Assembly: GCA_964610335.1 (NCBI GenBank)
Contig: CAZSVP010000002.1
Span: 78,376-142,375 of the forward strand
Reading direction: 5' to 3'
DNA length: 64,000 bases
Origin: an uncultured Candidatus Saccharibacteria bacterium
GTDB lineage: Bacteria > Patescibacteriota > Saccharimonadia > CAILAD01 > BJGX01
Shown here piece after piece: positions 20,035 to 30,675 of the stretch. A program made the translations under genes and the position numbers. Position 1 is the stretch's first letter; each line of letters begins with the position of its first letter. Under the pieces are notes generated by a model. It worked only from the letters and a program-made list of their open reading frames with translations, did not search any database and was not told the origin of the DNA.

Positions 20035-20198
20035 GTAAGTAAGTATTAAGTAAAATGGCAGAAGTTAAAAAGTGCTTACTCGCATTATTTCAGTCAAAAA
20101 ATTTTGAGTCAAGCATAATTACTTCTACATATCTACACTGACTGATTGGTTAGCTCAAAGTACGCTTAGAGTGTTCTTTGACAACTTGGAGGAAACCA

Positions 20199-20900
20199 AT
20201 GAGCAAGCTCACTACTATCGATACCCTACCCATCCCCATGCTTGTTCTCGACAGCGGCCCATGCGCTGGCAAGTCCACCATTCTCTCAGCCATCGAAGAT
20301 CGGTTCGACGAGCAAGTTCTGACAGTGCCTGAAGCTGCAACCCAAGTACTGGCTGAAGAGGTTGTAGCCAAGCCCGATCAGAATCTGCTGGAGTGGTACG
20401 ACCGAATCGACGCTGCCGAGTCCAAGGCTGCAATCTGGCGCGAATATAGACATCACCTGCAAGATGCTGTGCTCAAGCGCATGATCGAGCTCGAAACTGT
20501 TGCTCAGCAACAGGCCTGCGAACAAGGCAGGAAGCTGATCGTCGTGGACCGTGGAGCTGCCGGAGTGAGTCATTTCCACCCTGATGGCAATGCTTGCTGG
20601 TCCAAGCTCACCTGGGCACGAATCCACCATCTGGATGCAGTGTCCGCACTCAGCCGATACCATTCTGTCATCTTGTTGGAATCACTGGCAATACACCATC
20701 CAGAGTTGTACAAAAAGCACTGCGCCAGCAACCCAGTTCGAGGCGAGACTACTCAAGAGGCAGTGGCGCAGCAATGCGGCATTCGTGCTGCCTGGAGCAA
20801 ACACGCACGCTGCGCCCATATCTGCAACTTTGGGCGCAGCATCGATGATGTGACCAGGCTGGTTTACAACCACATCGAACAAACAATTGGCGAACTATGA
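20199..20900 (+). CDS. P-loop NTPase, AAA_28/NadR-type nucleoside/nucleotide kinase-like
   Basis: SGPCAGKST Walker A, VPEAAT, VVDRG, NPVRGET; GGAGG SD before ATG 20199. Confidence 0.75.
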   Translation: MSKLTTIDTLPIPMLVLDSGPCAGKSTILSAIEDRFDEQVLTVPEAATQVLAEEVVAKPDQNLLEWYDRIDAAESKAAIWREYRHHLQDAVLKRMIELETVAQQQACEQGRKLIVVDRGAAGVSHFHPDGNACWSKLTWARIHHLDAVSALSRYHSVILLESLAIHHPELYKKHCASNPVRGETTQEAVAQQCGIRAAWSKHARCAHICNFGRSIDDVTRLVYNHIEQTIGEL

Positions 20901-21283
20901 GCGGCAATCGCTGCCAAGTACAGGCTGCTGTATGGCGAGCCATGCGACTGGCTGAAGTATCACTCGACACTCCGGGAGCCACCGAAGTAGTTCGAGCTAT
21001 CACTTGGATCATTATGCAGCAAGCCATGATCCTCCAGCGCTTCCCACTTGATCAGAATGATCAGCACACCACGCAAGGATTCTGCCCAGACAATTACTGG
21101 CCACTCAAGTTCGGCAAGTTCTTGCACCGCGCGCAAACAATCGGCCTAGACTATCCCGAAGGTCGCCAAGCCATCGCCGAGCACGCCGCTACAGGAGTTG
21201 GCCTAATGGCATCGGTCTGGCGTTTGCATGGCTCGCCACCTCATATAAACGAGGTAGCTACCATTACAGTCAAACTCGAGTAG
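20897..21283 (+). CDS. hypothetical protein, possibly a degenerate MazG-like all-alpha fold
   Basis: ATGA-coupled to the kinase; GRQAIAEHAATGVGLMAS helix pattern. Confidence 0.6.
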   Translation: MSGNRCQVQAAVWRAMRLAEVSLDTPGATEVVRAITWIIMQQAMILQRFPLDQNDQHTTQGFCPDNYWPLKFGKFLHRAQTIGLDYPEGRQAIAEHAATGVGLMASVWRLHGSPPHINEVATITVKLE

Positions 21284-21374
21284 ATCCGACTAGCCTGTCA
21301 AAGTTATGCTTGGTAAAGCATGATTACCCAAGTATAATCACCCCAGATCTTTCCCACTAGCCGAGGAGCAAACA

Positions 21375-22034
21375 ATGCCGACAACCGAAGCCCCAGTAAT
21401 CACCGAGCTTGAAGAAGTTGTGGCTCTCGAAGCTGAGCTACAAGCCATGTGCGCTGAGTACGACAGTCTTGGTGTCGAAATCTCGCGTTTGCAAGCCGTG
21501 CGAAGCGATATCGCTTTTGCAGTCACATTCCACGACAAGTCGCGCGAAGACGGAGAACCCTTGGTCAAGCGCTACAACCGAGTGGTGCGTCAAGCCGCAG
21601 CCGATCTGCTAGCCGAGCGCCAACTGGGGTGGTGCCTGGCAGGTGGACACTTCTGCAATGAGGCTGAGCTGTCATGTGCGAAAGCCATGTTCAGCCGCCG
21701 GAGCTACGACGTGAAGGACGGCTACGAAGACCACCATAAGTCAGTAATTGCCACAGCCTGCGCAGCTCACCCCGCTGGCGGATACCAAAATCCTGACTGG
21801 GGTCACAGCAAGCGGTTGGTAGCACGCAACGTTCACAACGTTGGGTTGGTGAGAAGAGCGATCAGTCGCTATCTGTTTGACTGCGGTTTCGAGAACCGAG
21901 AGCTTCACAGGTTCTTCGCCGAAGCAGGCCTGCCAACAGACATGTACTACCGCGATCGTGATGGCTGGTACTTCCGGCCAATCCCCGGACAAGACGGTCC
22001 GATGTACGGCCGAAAAGTCATCAATCTCGGCTAG
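21375..22034 (+). CDS. orphan protein with N-terminal coiled coil and Cys/His cluster
   Basis: TATAAT at ~21333, GAGGAG SD; CLAGGHFC and CAAH motifs. Confidence 0.7.
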   Translation: MPTTEAPVITELEEVVALEAELQAMCAEYDSLGVEISRLQAVRSDIAFAVTFHDKSREDGEPLVKRYNRVVRQAAADLLAERQLGWCLAGGHFCNEAELSCAKAMFSRRSYDVKDGYEDHHKSVIATACAAHPAGGYQNPDWGHSKRLVARNVHNVGLVRRAISRYLFDCGFENRELHRFFAEAGLPTDMYYRDRDGWYFRPIPGQDGPMYGRKVINLG

Positions 22035-22054
22035 CACGAGAACCAAACTTTCAA

Positions 22055-22089
22055 GAGCCCCGACGAGCCCCGATTCGTCGGGGCTCGTC
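22055..22089 (+). terminator. TTCG-loop hairpin with duplicated 5' arm
   Basis: GACGAGCCCCGA-TTCG-TCGGGGCTCGTC; GAGCCCCGA occurs twice in tandem. Confidence 0.65.
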
Positions 22090-22114
22090 ATATCTCCATA
22101 TAATGCAAAGAATT

Positions 22115-22223
22115 ATTTCTAGCAGTGAAGTACTAGAAACTCAAAAACCCCAGCGCGAGACGTACTAATTGCTACGTTGAGCGTTGGGATTTTTGTTGTG
22201 ACGACGTAATTTGCGCTAGAAAT
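22115..22223. repeat. palindromic intergenic element, divergent copy 1
   Basis: Outer arms ATTTCTAGC/GCTAGAAAT, inner CAAAAACCCCAGCGC/GCGTTGGGATTTTTG, core GACGTA-N8-TACGTTGA. Confidence 0.55.
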
Positions 22224-22234
22224 GGTTCGAACGA

Positions 22235-22711
22235 CTAGTAGCGAGCGAAGTGAGCAAAAGCCTTATTAGCCTCAGCCATCTGGTGAGCATCTTGCTTCTT
22301 CTTAACAGCATCGCCTTCTTCGTTGAAAGCAGCAATCAGCTCTTTGCTAAATTTAACATCAAATCCAGCACCACTCTTGTTGCGTGCCGAGTCCATAAGC
22401 CACATCAGGGCATAGTGAACCTTGCGGTCGCCTTTGACTTCCATAGGGACTTGGTAGTTGGCACCACCGATACGTCGAGATTTAACCATCACTTGTGGAC
22501 TAACGTTCTTAACTGCAGTTTCGAGGACCTCGAGTGGCTCTTTCTTGGTCTTAGCTGCTGCTTGTTCGAGTGCGCTGTAGACCAGCTTCTCAGCCATTCG
22601 CTTTTTACCACTTACCATGACTTTGTTGATGGTCTTAGTAACCAACACTGAATTGTAAACAATGTCAGGAGTAAGTTCGCGCTTGAGAGATTTAGTAGTT
22701 TTACGAGGCAT
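22235..22711 (-). CDS. rpsG: 30S ribosomal protein uS7
   Basis: KSRRIGGANYQVP, MAEANKAFAHF. Confidence 0.98.
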   Translation of the reverse strand: MPRKTTKSLKRELTPDIVYNSVLVTKTINKVMVSGKKRMAEKLVYSALEQAAAKTKKEPLEVLETAVKNVSPQVMVKSRRIGGANYQVPMEVKGDRKVHYALMWLMDSARNKSGAGFDVKFSKELIAAFNEEGDAVKKKQDAHQMAEANKAFAHFARY

Positions 22712-22714
22712 GGG

Positions 22715-23137
22715 TTATTCCTTCTTACCACCTTGAGACTTAGTACCATATTTGCTGCGGCCTTGTTTACGACCATCAACTCCAGCCGTATCAAGATTGC
22801 CACGAACTATGTGGTAACGCACACCACCAAGATCCTTAACTCGACCACCACGTACTAGCACCACTGAGTGCTCTTGCAAGTTGTGTCCCTCACCAGGTAT
22901 GTAAGCGGTTACTTCCATACCGTTGGTTAGGCGCACACGAGCCACCTTACGCAAAGCCGAGTTTGGCTTACGAGGAGTTTGTGTATACACCTTCACACAT
23001 ACACCACGTTTAAACGGCGCATTGAGCGGACGAGTCCGCACACTAAGCGCGTTAAACGAGCGCCCGAGGGCTGGAGACTTAGTCTTGGTAGACTTGGTCT
23101 TGCGAGGTTTTCGAATTAATTGATTGATGGTTGGCAT
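22715..23137 (-). CDS. rpsL: 30S ribosomal protein uS12
   Basis: [30 protein letters not shown]. Confidence 0.99.
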   Translation of the reverse strand: MPTINQLIRKPRKTKSTKTKSPALGRSFNALSVRTRPLNAPFKRGVCVKVYTQTPRKPNSALRKVARVRLTNGMEVTAYIPGEGHNLQEHSVVLVRGGRVKDLGGVRYHIVRGNLDTAGVDGRKQGRSKYGTKSQGGKKE

Positions 23138-23173
23138 ATCAGCTCACTATTTTATCAGGTTAGGGCCAGATGG

Positions 23174-26100
23174 TCAACTATTCTGCTCGTTACCAATATC
23201 TCGAAAACTAGTACCGACCGGTATGAGCCGTCCGATAATCACGTTTTCTTTGAGGCCTCGCAAGCGATCGGCCTTGCCTCGCAATGCAGCTGCTATCAGC
23301 ACTCGAGTTGTCTCCTGGAAGGATGCAGCACTTAGCCAACTATCTGAACTGGTGGATATCTTGGTAATCGGCATAAGTAGCTGCTCATAAGTAGCTGGCT
23401 TGCCACCTTTCTTGACCGCCTCTTCATTCTCCTCGTGCAGACCAGTCTTACTGACCATATCACCAGATAACAATGTAGTATCCATCGGCTCTTCAATACG
23501 CACGCGGCTGAACATCTGGCGGATAATCACCTCGATGTGCTTAGAACTGATCTCTTGACCTTGGCTAAGATAAATCGCCTGTACTTCATCGATGATATAG
23601 CGTTCTACAGCTTCCTTACCGATAAGCTTGAGCATATCTTGTAGATTCACCGATCCTTCGGTGAGACGATCACCACGGGTTACACTGTCGCCTGTCTTAA
23701 CCTCGACATCAATATACTCACCAATTGTGTACTCACGAACATTGGCTCCTTCATGTACCAAGGTGATTGAGTTTTTGCCAACAGTAACAGTGCCTTTGGC
23801 ACCTGCCTTGGCGGTCTTCTTGCCATCGGCTGAGGTAGCCAGCAGCTCGCCTCTAGTTACACTATCGCCTGATTTCACTTGGGTCTTGAGACCTGCTATA
23901 TCATAGTCAGTAGTTTTTTGGTCTAGTGGTGCGATTGTGATTACTTGCTTATTGTCTTGGCGCTTAACCGTAACAGTGCCATCGATTTCAGCTAACACAG
24001 CTTGGCCTTTTGGCGCACGAGCTTCAAAGATTTCCTCTACTCGAGGCAAACCTTGGGTAATGTCACTACCAATACCAGCTAAATGCTTGGTGTTCATAGT
24101 CAGCTGCGTTCCTGGCTCGCCAATCGATTGAGCAGCGATAATACCTACTGCCTCACCCATGGCGACAGGTTCACCAGTGGCTAGGTCGATACCGTAACAT
24201 TTCTGACATACGCCCCAAACAGATTTACAGTTCAGGATGGATCGAATGCGCACATCAGCAACACCGGACTGATCGATCAGCTTAGCGGCAGCATCGTCTA
24301 TCAAATGCCCATTCTTAACAATCACTTCAGATGTGTTTGGATCAACAATCTTACCTACTGTAGTACGGCCAACAATCCATGGCGCGATGCCTTCTTCACC
24401 AGCAGCTTCAGCTTCGGCACGAGTTACCAAGTAACCTTCTTTGTCACCACAGTCGTTTTCGGTAGTCACAACATCTTGGCTTACATCAACCAAACGACGA
24501 GTCAGATAGCCGGATTCGGCGGTTCGAAGTGCTGTATCGGTCAAACCTTTGCGAGCACCGTGAGTCGAGATAAAGTATTCCAACACTGACAAACCGTCTT
24601 TGTAGTTGGAGCGAACTGGCAGCTCAATAATTCGTCCGGTCGGACTAAGCATGAGCCCAAGCATACCACTCATCTTGTTGACCTGACCCAAGGTGGCACG
24701 AGCGCCACTCTCTAAGTCGTCGCGCAAGCTAGAATTGGACTCAAGCAGGGTTTTTTCTAGTTGAGCCTCTACTTGCTCACCAGTCTTCTTCCAGATTTCA
24801 ATAGTCTTCTGGTACCGTTCTTCATTGGTGATAAGACCTTGTTCATACTGGCTGACATACTCGACAGCCTTGGCCTCAGCTTCATCTATCAACTTACCAC
24901 GAATAGCAGGCACTGTAAGGTCATCCATACCGATTGATACACCAGATAATGTGGAGTAGCGGAATCCAAGATCCTTAATTGCATCAGCAACATCAGCGGT
25001 CACTTCCTTGCCAATCTCGGCGAAGATACGAGCCATAATCTGCTTAAGCTTAGCCTTGGTGAGTGGTTCATTGACAAAATCAATACCTTCTGGCATCTTC
25101 TCGTTGAAAAGCAGCCGGCCGGCAGTTGTCTCGATAATTGTGCCATCAACACGCACCTTAATAGTTGCACGCAAGTCGATCCAGCGCTCCTGATAAGCGT
25201 TGATTGCTTCTTCGGGATGTGCAAACGTCTTACCCTCTCCCAAAGCACCTGGCTTGATAGTTGTTAGGTAGTAACAACCTAGCACGATGTCTTTGTTTGG
25301 CTTAACCAAAGGTGAACCGTCGGCTGGTTTGAGCAAGTTGAGCTTACTAAGCATAATCTCACGAGCTTCGGCCTGAGCAGCATCACTTAGAGGTACATGT
25401 ACGGCCATCTGATCACCGTCAAAGTCAGCGTTGAAAGCCTCACAGACAAGTGGGTGCAGCTGGATAGCCTTACCTTCAATCAAGATTGGCTTAAAGGCTT
25501 GAATACCTAGTCGATGCAAGGTCGGTGCGCGATTTAGCAACACGTGTTTGTTAGCGATCACTTCATCGAGTGTATCCCAAACTTCGGCTCGAGCACGCTC
25601 CACCATACGACTAGCAGACTTCACGTTGTGGGCAAAACCCTTGGAAATCAACTTCCCTATTACAAATGGCTTAAATAGCTCCAAGGCCATCATCTTAGGT
25701 ATACCACATTGGTCAATCTTAAGATGTGGTCCAATCACAATTACCGAACGACCCGAGTAGTCTACGCGCTTACCAAGTAGGTTTTGGCGGAAGCGACCCT
25801 GCTTACCCTTGAGCAAGTCGGTGAGACTCTTTGGTTTCTTGCGACCAGCTGCTGTGGCAGTTCGCTCACGTCGAGCATTGTTGTCGATCAGTGCATCAAC
25901 AGCTTCTTGAAGCATGCGCTTTTCGTTGCGACATATGATTTCTGGCGCATCTAGGTTGAAAAGTTTCTTAAGACGATTGTTTCGGTTGATAACTCGGCGA
26001 TAAAGATCGTTGAGATCTGAGGCTGCAAAGCGGCCACCGTCGAGTTGTACCATTGGTCGTAGATCTGGTGGAATCACCGGCAACTCAGTCACTACCATCC

Positions 26101-27004
26101 ATTCTGGACGAATATTGGCAATTACCATGCCTTCTACTACCTTAAGTCGTTTCAAAGCTTTTTTCTTCTTCTGACCAATGTTACTATCGGCTTCTTCACG
26201 AAGTTGTTTGGCAAGCTTGTTGAGATCTATTTCACTCAAAAGATTCCGCAAAGCTTCGGCACCAATACCAGCAGTAAACACAGTACCAAACTTGATGTTA
26301 AGTTCGCGGTAGCGACCTTCTGGCAAAAGTTGTAGCTTGGCAAGATTGGTTATGTCCGTACGAGCAGTTTGGAAACTAGTTTCTAGCTCAGCAAACTCCT
26401 TGAGAGCGGCTTCATCTAGGCTAGGATCATCAATCTTTTTGACGTTGTACTTAGCCAGTAATTCTTTCTGACGAGTTTTGTAGTCTTCACTAAGTTCTTT
26501 TTGAGCAGCAGCTTTGGCTTTTTCGTCAACCGAAGTTACTACAAAGTTCGCAAAGTAAACGATTCGTTCAAGATCACGAACACCAATATTTAGAAGTAGA
26601 CTAATTGCCGATGGAGTACCACGCAAGAACCACAAGTGAGCCACTGGAACAGCGAGCTGAATGTGACCCATACGCTCGCGGCGCACGATACTGCGTGTCA
26701 CTAACACACCACATTTATCGCAGACAATGCCCTTGTAACGAATACCTTTGTATTTGCCACAGTAACACTGCCAATCTTTGGTAGGCCCAAAGATTTTTTC
26801 ACAGAACAAGCCATCTTTTTCTGGTTTTTGTGTACGGTAGTTAATGGTCTCTGGCTTGGTAATCTCACCATGGCTCCAATCCAAGATCTGTTCAGGAGAT
26901 GCTATAGATGCTCGTACAGCATCAAAGTCAGCAATGGTTTGAGTATGATCGACGGTGTCGTGGTAACTGTTCTTACCCATCGATTCAGTTGGAGAAGAAT
27001 TCAT
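23174..27004 (-). CDS. rpoC: RNA polymerase beta' subunit
   Basis: Zn-ribbon [22 protein letters not shown] catalytic motif, [13 protein letters not shown]. Confidence 0.99.
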   Translation of the reverse strand: MNSSPTESMGKNSYHDTVDHTQTIADFDAVRASIASPEQILDWSHGEITKPETINYRTQKPEKDGLFCEKIFGPTKDWQCYCGKYKGIRYKGIVCDKCGVLVTRSIVRRERMGHIQLAVPVAHLWFLRGTPSAISLLLNIGVRDLERIVYFANFVVTSVDEKAKAAAQKELSEDYKTRQKELLAKYNVKKIDDPSLDEAALKEFAELETSFQTARTDITNLAKLQLLPEGRYRELNIKFGTVFTAGIGAEALRNLLSEIDLNKLAKQLREEADSNIGQKKKKALKRLKVVEGMVIANIRPEWMVVTELPVIPPDLRPMVQLDGGRFAASDLNDLYRRVINRNNRLKKLFNLDAPEIICRNEKRMLQEAVDALIDNNARRERTATAAGRKKPKSLTDLLKGKQGRFRQNLLGKRVDYSGRSVIVIGPHLKIDQCGIPKMMALELFKPFVIGKLISKGFAHNVKSASRMVERARAEVWDTLDEVIANKHVLLNRAPTLHRLGIQAFKPILIEGKAIQLHPLVCEAFNADFDGDQMAVHVPLSDAAQAEAREIMLSKLNLLKPADGSPLVKPNKDIVLGCYYLTTIKPGALGEGKTFAHPEEAINAYQERWIDLRATIKVRVDGTIIETTAGRLLFNEKMPEGIDFVNEPLTKAKLKQIMARIFAEIGKEVTADVADAIKDLGFRYSTLSGVSIGMDDLTVPAIRGKLIDEAEAKAVEYVSQYEQGLITNEERYQKTIEIWKKTGEQVEAQLEKTLLESNSSLRDDLESGARATLGQVNKMSGMLGLMLSPTGRIIELPVRSNYKDGLSVLEYFISTHGARKGLTDTALRTAESGYLTRRLVDVSQDVVTTENDCGDKEGYLVTRAEAEAAGEEGIAPWIVGRTTVGKIVDPNTSEVIVKNGHLIDDAAAKLIDQSGVADVRIRSILNCKSVWGVCQKCYGIDLATGEPVAMGEAVGIIAAQSIGEPGTQLTMNTKHLAGIGSDITQGLPRVEEIFEARAPKGQAVLAEIDGTVTVKRQDNKQVITIAPLDQKTTDYDIAGLKTQVKSGDSVTRGELLATSADGKKTAKAGAKGTVTVGKNSITLVHEGANVREYTIGEYIDVEVKTGDSVTRGDRLTEGSVNLQDMLKLIGKEAVERYIIDEVQAIYLSQGQEISSKHIEVIIRQMFSRVRIEEPMDTTLLSGDMVSKTGLHEENEEAVKKGGKPATYEQLLMPITKISTSSDSWLSAASFQETTRVLIAAALRGKADRLRGLKENVIIGRLIPVGTSFRDIGNEQNS

Positions 27005-30000
27005 TATTTTGCCTCCTTATCAGTATCTTCAATTGTTTCGGCTAGTGCCTCGAAGTCGTCCACAGTGTTGGCATTGAGATCTACAACCGCTTCACCCTCG
27101 ACTGTGTCGCCCTTGAGCAGCTGTTCGTCAGCCAGCTCGTTGGCCTCTAGCAAGGTTTCGTCTTCAAGCACATCCTCAGCATCTACCGTAATGTGTGCCT
27201 TGGTTCGTTCCAGATCAACTGATAGGCCAAGACTTTGCAGCTCCTTGACCAACACGTTAAACGATTCTGGAATACGTGGCCCCTTAATCTCTTCATTCTT
27301 GATGATCGCTTCATAAGCCTTGGATCGGCCAACAACATCATCGGACTTAATGGTCAAGATTTCTTGTAGTGTATGGCTGGCACCATAAGCTTCGAGAGCC
27401 CACACTTCCATCTCACCAAAGCGCTGACCGCCCATTTGAGCCTTACCGCCAAGTGGCTGCTGGGTAACCATTGCATATGGACCAGTCGAACGAGCATGGA
27501 TCTTGTCATCTACCATGTGATGTAGCTTAAGCATGTACTTATAGCCGATAGTAGTGCGCTCTGAGTACGGTTCGCCAGTGGAGCCAGAGTAGAGCTGAGT
27601 TTTACCATCTTCTGGCAACCCAGCTTTCTTCAGCTCTTCCTTGATTTGATCAATCTTAACACCATTGAATACCGGCGACGCTACTGTGTAGCCAAGTGCC
27701 TGAGCGGCCCAACCAAGGTGAGTTTCGAGTATCTGACCAATATTCATACGAGCTCCTACACCTAGTGGGTTGAGGATGATGTCGACAGGCGTGCCATCTT
27801 CAGTAAATGGCATTTCCTCAATTGGCATAATCTTACTAATTACACCTTTGTTGCCGTGGCGACCTGCCATCTTATCGCCTACCGAAACTTTGCGTAGTTG
27901 AGCAACAGCCACATATATTTGCGAGATCACACCACTAGCAAGTTCGTCGTCGTTTTCACGCGACAAGATCTTAACATCTACAACCTTACCATTGGCACCA
28001 TTGGGCATACGCAAGCTAGTGTCTTTGACATCGCGAGCTTTTTCACCAAATATGGCTCGCAAAAGACGCTCTTCAGAGCTGAGGTCAGTTTCACCCTTTG
28101 GTGTAATTTTACCTACTAAGATATCGCCGGCGCTTACTTCAGCACCAATTCGTACAATACCTTGGTCATCGAGATCCTTGAGTGATTCCTCGGAAACGTT
28201 TGGTATATCGCGAGTCATTACCTCTGGGCCGAGCTTGGTATCACGTACATCGATTTGATGCATGTCAATATGAACTGAGGTATAGCGATCATCTTGAACA
28301 AGTCGCTGCGATAGGATAATCGCATCTTCGTAGTTGAGGCCTTCAAATGGCATAAATGCTACCAACACGTTTTGACCAAGTGCTAGCTCACCACCCTGAG
28401 TGCTCATACCATCAGCAAGCACATCACCTTTTTTGACCTTTTGTCCGCTATATGCCAAGGTTCGCTGATGTATTGCATTGCCCTGGTTGGAACGTACGAA
28501 GCGAATCAAAGAGTAGGTTTTGGTATTCTTAGCATATTTGACTACTATCTCATCAGCAGTTGCCGACTGAACTACTCCGTCACCTTCAGCCAGGATAGTT
28601 TGAGCCGAGTCTGCAGCTACAGTATGTTCTACACCAGTACCTACAATAGGAGCTTGAGGTCGAACTAATGCAACTGCTTGGCGTTGCATGTTGGCACCCA
28701 TCAATGCACGTTTGGCGTCATCATGTTCCAAAAATGGAATCAAAGCAGCCGAGATACCAACTACTTGGCGTGGGCTGACATCCATATATTCCACACTGTT
28801 AACATCCTCTTCGTCAGCTTCACCACCAACGCCTCGCACTGGTACACGGTTGTCGATAAAATAGCCATTTTTATCAGTCGCACTACCGGCCTGAGCTATT
28901 ACAGTTTTCTCTTCATCATGAGCATCAAGATATACTATTTCACCTGTCACACGAGCCTTAAGTGCAACTTCTTCAATTCCGGCTTTTGTAAGTTTGGCGG
29001 CAACAGACTTGTTGATACTGTCACCGAGTTTTACGATTACATTGCCTTGGGAATCTTTATATTGCCGAGCTGAAACTTCGCCAACTGCCTTTTCTGGTGT
29101 AGCCTTGTTGATCACACGATAGTATGGGCTTTCGATGAAACCATATTCATTGACTCTTGCAAAGGTAGAGAGCACTGATACTAAACCAATATTTGGACCC
29201 TCGGGTGTCTCAATCGGACAGATACGGCCATAGTGAGTACGATGTACATCACGTACTTCAAACCCTGCACGTTCACGGTTAAGCCCACCAGGGCCCATTG
29301 CATTAAGCTTACGCTTATGTACAACTTCAGCGAGCGGGTTGACTTGATCCATAAACTGACTGTGTTGATGGCTGGCAAAAAACTCTTTTACACTAGCTAC
29401 AATCGGTCGAACATTAACAAGCTGACCAGGTATCACTGTTTCAATGTCAGCAACACTCATACGGTCCTTGACAATACGCTCCATGCGAAGCAGTCCAACA
29501 CGAAACTTATTCTGAATGTGCTCACCTACCATCTTAAGACGACGATTACCTAGATGATCGACATCTTCGCTCTGGGCATTACTATTACTGAGTCGGATGG
29601 CTTCGGCTACGATTGCTACAAAGTCTTCTTTGAGCAGTGTACGATTATCACGAGTATTCTTAGCATTTAAGCCAAGTCGTTTATTGATCTTATAACGACC
29701 TACTTTACTGAAGTCATAGCGCTTGAAGTCAAAAAACATGCTATCTATAAGGCTCTTAGAGTTCTCTACAGTTGCAAGATCACCCGGTCGGATACGTCGA
29801 TAGACTTCCATCAGTGCTTCGGCCTGTGTCTTCGCCGGATCTTTAGCCAAAGTTTCCTCAATAAACTTCACCTCTCCAGTGTCAACTTCTGCAAACAGTT
29901 TCTTGATTTCTTCGTCACTACCATAACCAAAAGCACGCAAAAGTGTGGTGATTGTAATCTTGCGCTTGCGATCAATCTTAACAGTCATAACGCCATTGAC

Positions 30001-30501
30001 ACCGGTCTCAATCTCCAACCAAGCACCACGGTTTGGAATAATTTTGGCGTTGAAATATCCACTTTCACTGGTTGTGAAGAACACACCTGGGCTACGTACT
30101 AGCTGGCTCACAACCACGCGCTCTACACCGTTGATAACAAAGGTGCCGCGCTCGGTCATGATAGGATAATCTCCCAAGAAGATTTCTTGGGTCTTGACTT
30201 CGCCTGTCTCTTTGATAAGCAGCTCAACTACAACTTTGAGGGATGCTTCATAGCTGAGATTCTTATCTTTTGATTCTTTTTCAGTTAGTTTTGGAGCTTC
30301 GAAATGATAGTCTTTGAAACTTAGTTCGTATTTTTTGCCGGTGAAATCTTCGATTGGAGAGATTTCTTCAAATAGTTCTTTGAGACCGTGTTCGATATAC
30401 CATTGATATGATTCGGCTTGAATCTTAATCAAGTTAGGCATAGCGAGCGTGTCTTTTTGGGCGTTAAGATACACCCTAGCGCGCGCGGGGGCTTTGGCCA
30501 T
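27004..30501 (-). CDS. rpoB: RNA polymerase beta subunit
   Basis: [30 protein letters not shown]; acidic C-terminal tail. Confidence 0.99.
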   Translation of the reverse strand: MAKAPARARVYLNAQKDTLAMPNLIKIQAESYQWYIEHGLKELFEEISPIEDFTGKKYELSFKDYHFEAPKLTEKESKDKNLSYEASLKVVVELLIKETGEVKTQEIFLGDYPIMTERGTFVINGVERVVVSQLVRSPGVFFTTSESGYFNAKIIPNRGAWLEIETGVNGVMTVKIDRKRKITITTLLRAFGYGSDEEIKKLFAEVDTGEVKFIEETLAKDPAKTQAEALMEVYRRIRPGDLATVENSKSLIDSMFFDFKRYDFSKVGRYKINKRLGLNAKNTRDNRTLLKEDFVAIVAEAIRLSNSNAQSEDVDHLGNRRLKMVGEHIQNKFRVGLLRMERIVKDRMSVADIETVIPGQLVNVRPIVASVKEFFASHQHSQFMDQVNPLAEVVHKRKLNAMGPGGLNRERAGFEVRDVHRTHYGRICPIETPEGPNIGLVSVLSTFARVNEYGFIESPYYRVINKATPEKAVGEVSARQYKDSQGNVIVKLGDSINKSVAAKLTKAGIEEVALKARVTGEIVYLDAHDEEKTVIAQAGSATDKNGYFIDNRVPVRGVGGEADEEDVNSVEYMDVSPRQVVGISAALIPFLEHDDAKRALMGANMQRQAVALVRPQAPIVGTGVEHTVAADSAQTILAEGDGVVQSATADEIVVKYAKNTKTYSLIRFVRSNQGNAIHQRTLAYSGQKVKKGDVLADGMSTQGGELALGQNVLVAFMPFEGLNYEDAIILSQRLVQDDRYTSVHIDMHQIDVRDTKLGPEVMTRDIPNVSEESLKDLDDQGIVRIGAEVSAGDILVGKITPKGETDLSSEERLLRAIFGEKARDVKDTSLRMPNGANGKVVDVKILSRENDDELASGVISQIYVAVAQLRKVSVGDKMAGRHGNKGVISKIMPIEEMPFTEDGTPVDIILNPLGVGARMNIGQILETHLGWAAQALGYTVASPVFNGVKIDQIKEELKKAGLPEDGKTQLYSGSTGEPYSERTTIGYKYMLKLHHMVDDKIHARSTGPYAMVTQQPLGGKAQMGGQRFGEMEVWALEAYGASHTLQEILTIKSDDVVGRSKAYEAIIKNEEIKGPRIPESFNVLVKELQSLGLSVDLERTKAHITVDAEDVLEDETLLEANELADEQLLKGDTVEGEAVVDLNANTVDDFEALAETIEDTDKEAK

Positions 30502-30637
30502 GTTCGCTTATCTCCTTATGATACTCTATTAAGTTTTATGGTTTGGCATGCCGAGGCGTATCTAAACCGACAAAATACCAGAACACCCATCCCGGGTGAA
30601 TTTCCTGGTAGTTGTTTAAGCTTCCTCTTGACTATAA

Positions 30638-30666
30638 ATATTATCTGGTTTTTTGACAACTGTCAA
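30638..30666 (-). promoter_or_regulatory. rpoBC promoter
   Basis: TTGACA-N17-TAATAT; -35 is part of the palindrome TTGACAACTGTCAA. Confidence 0.65.
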
Positions 30667-30675
30667 GCATTATTG

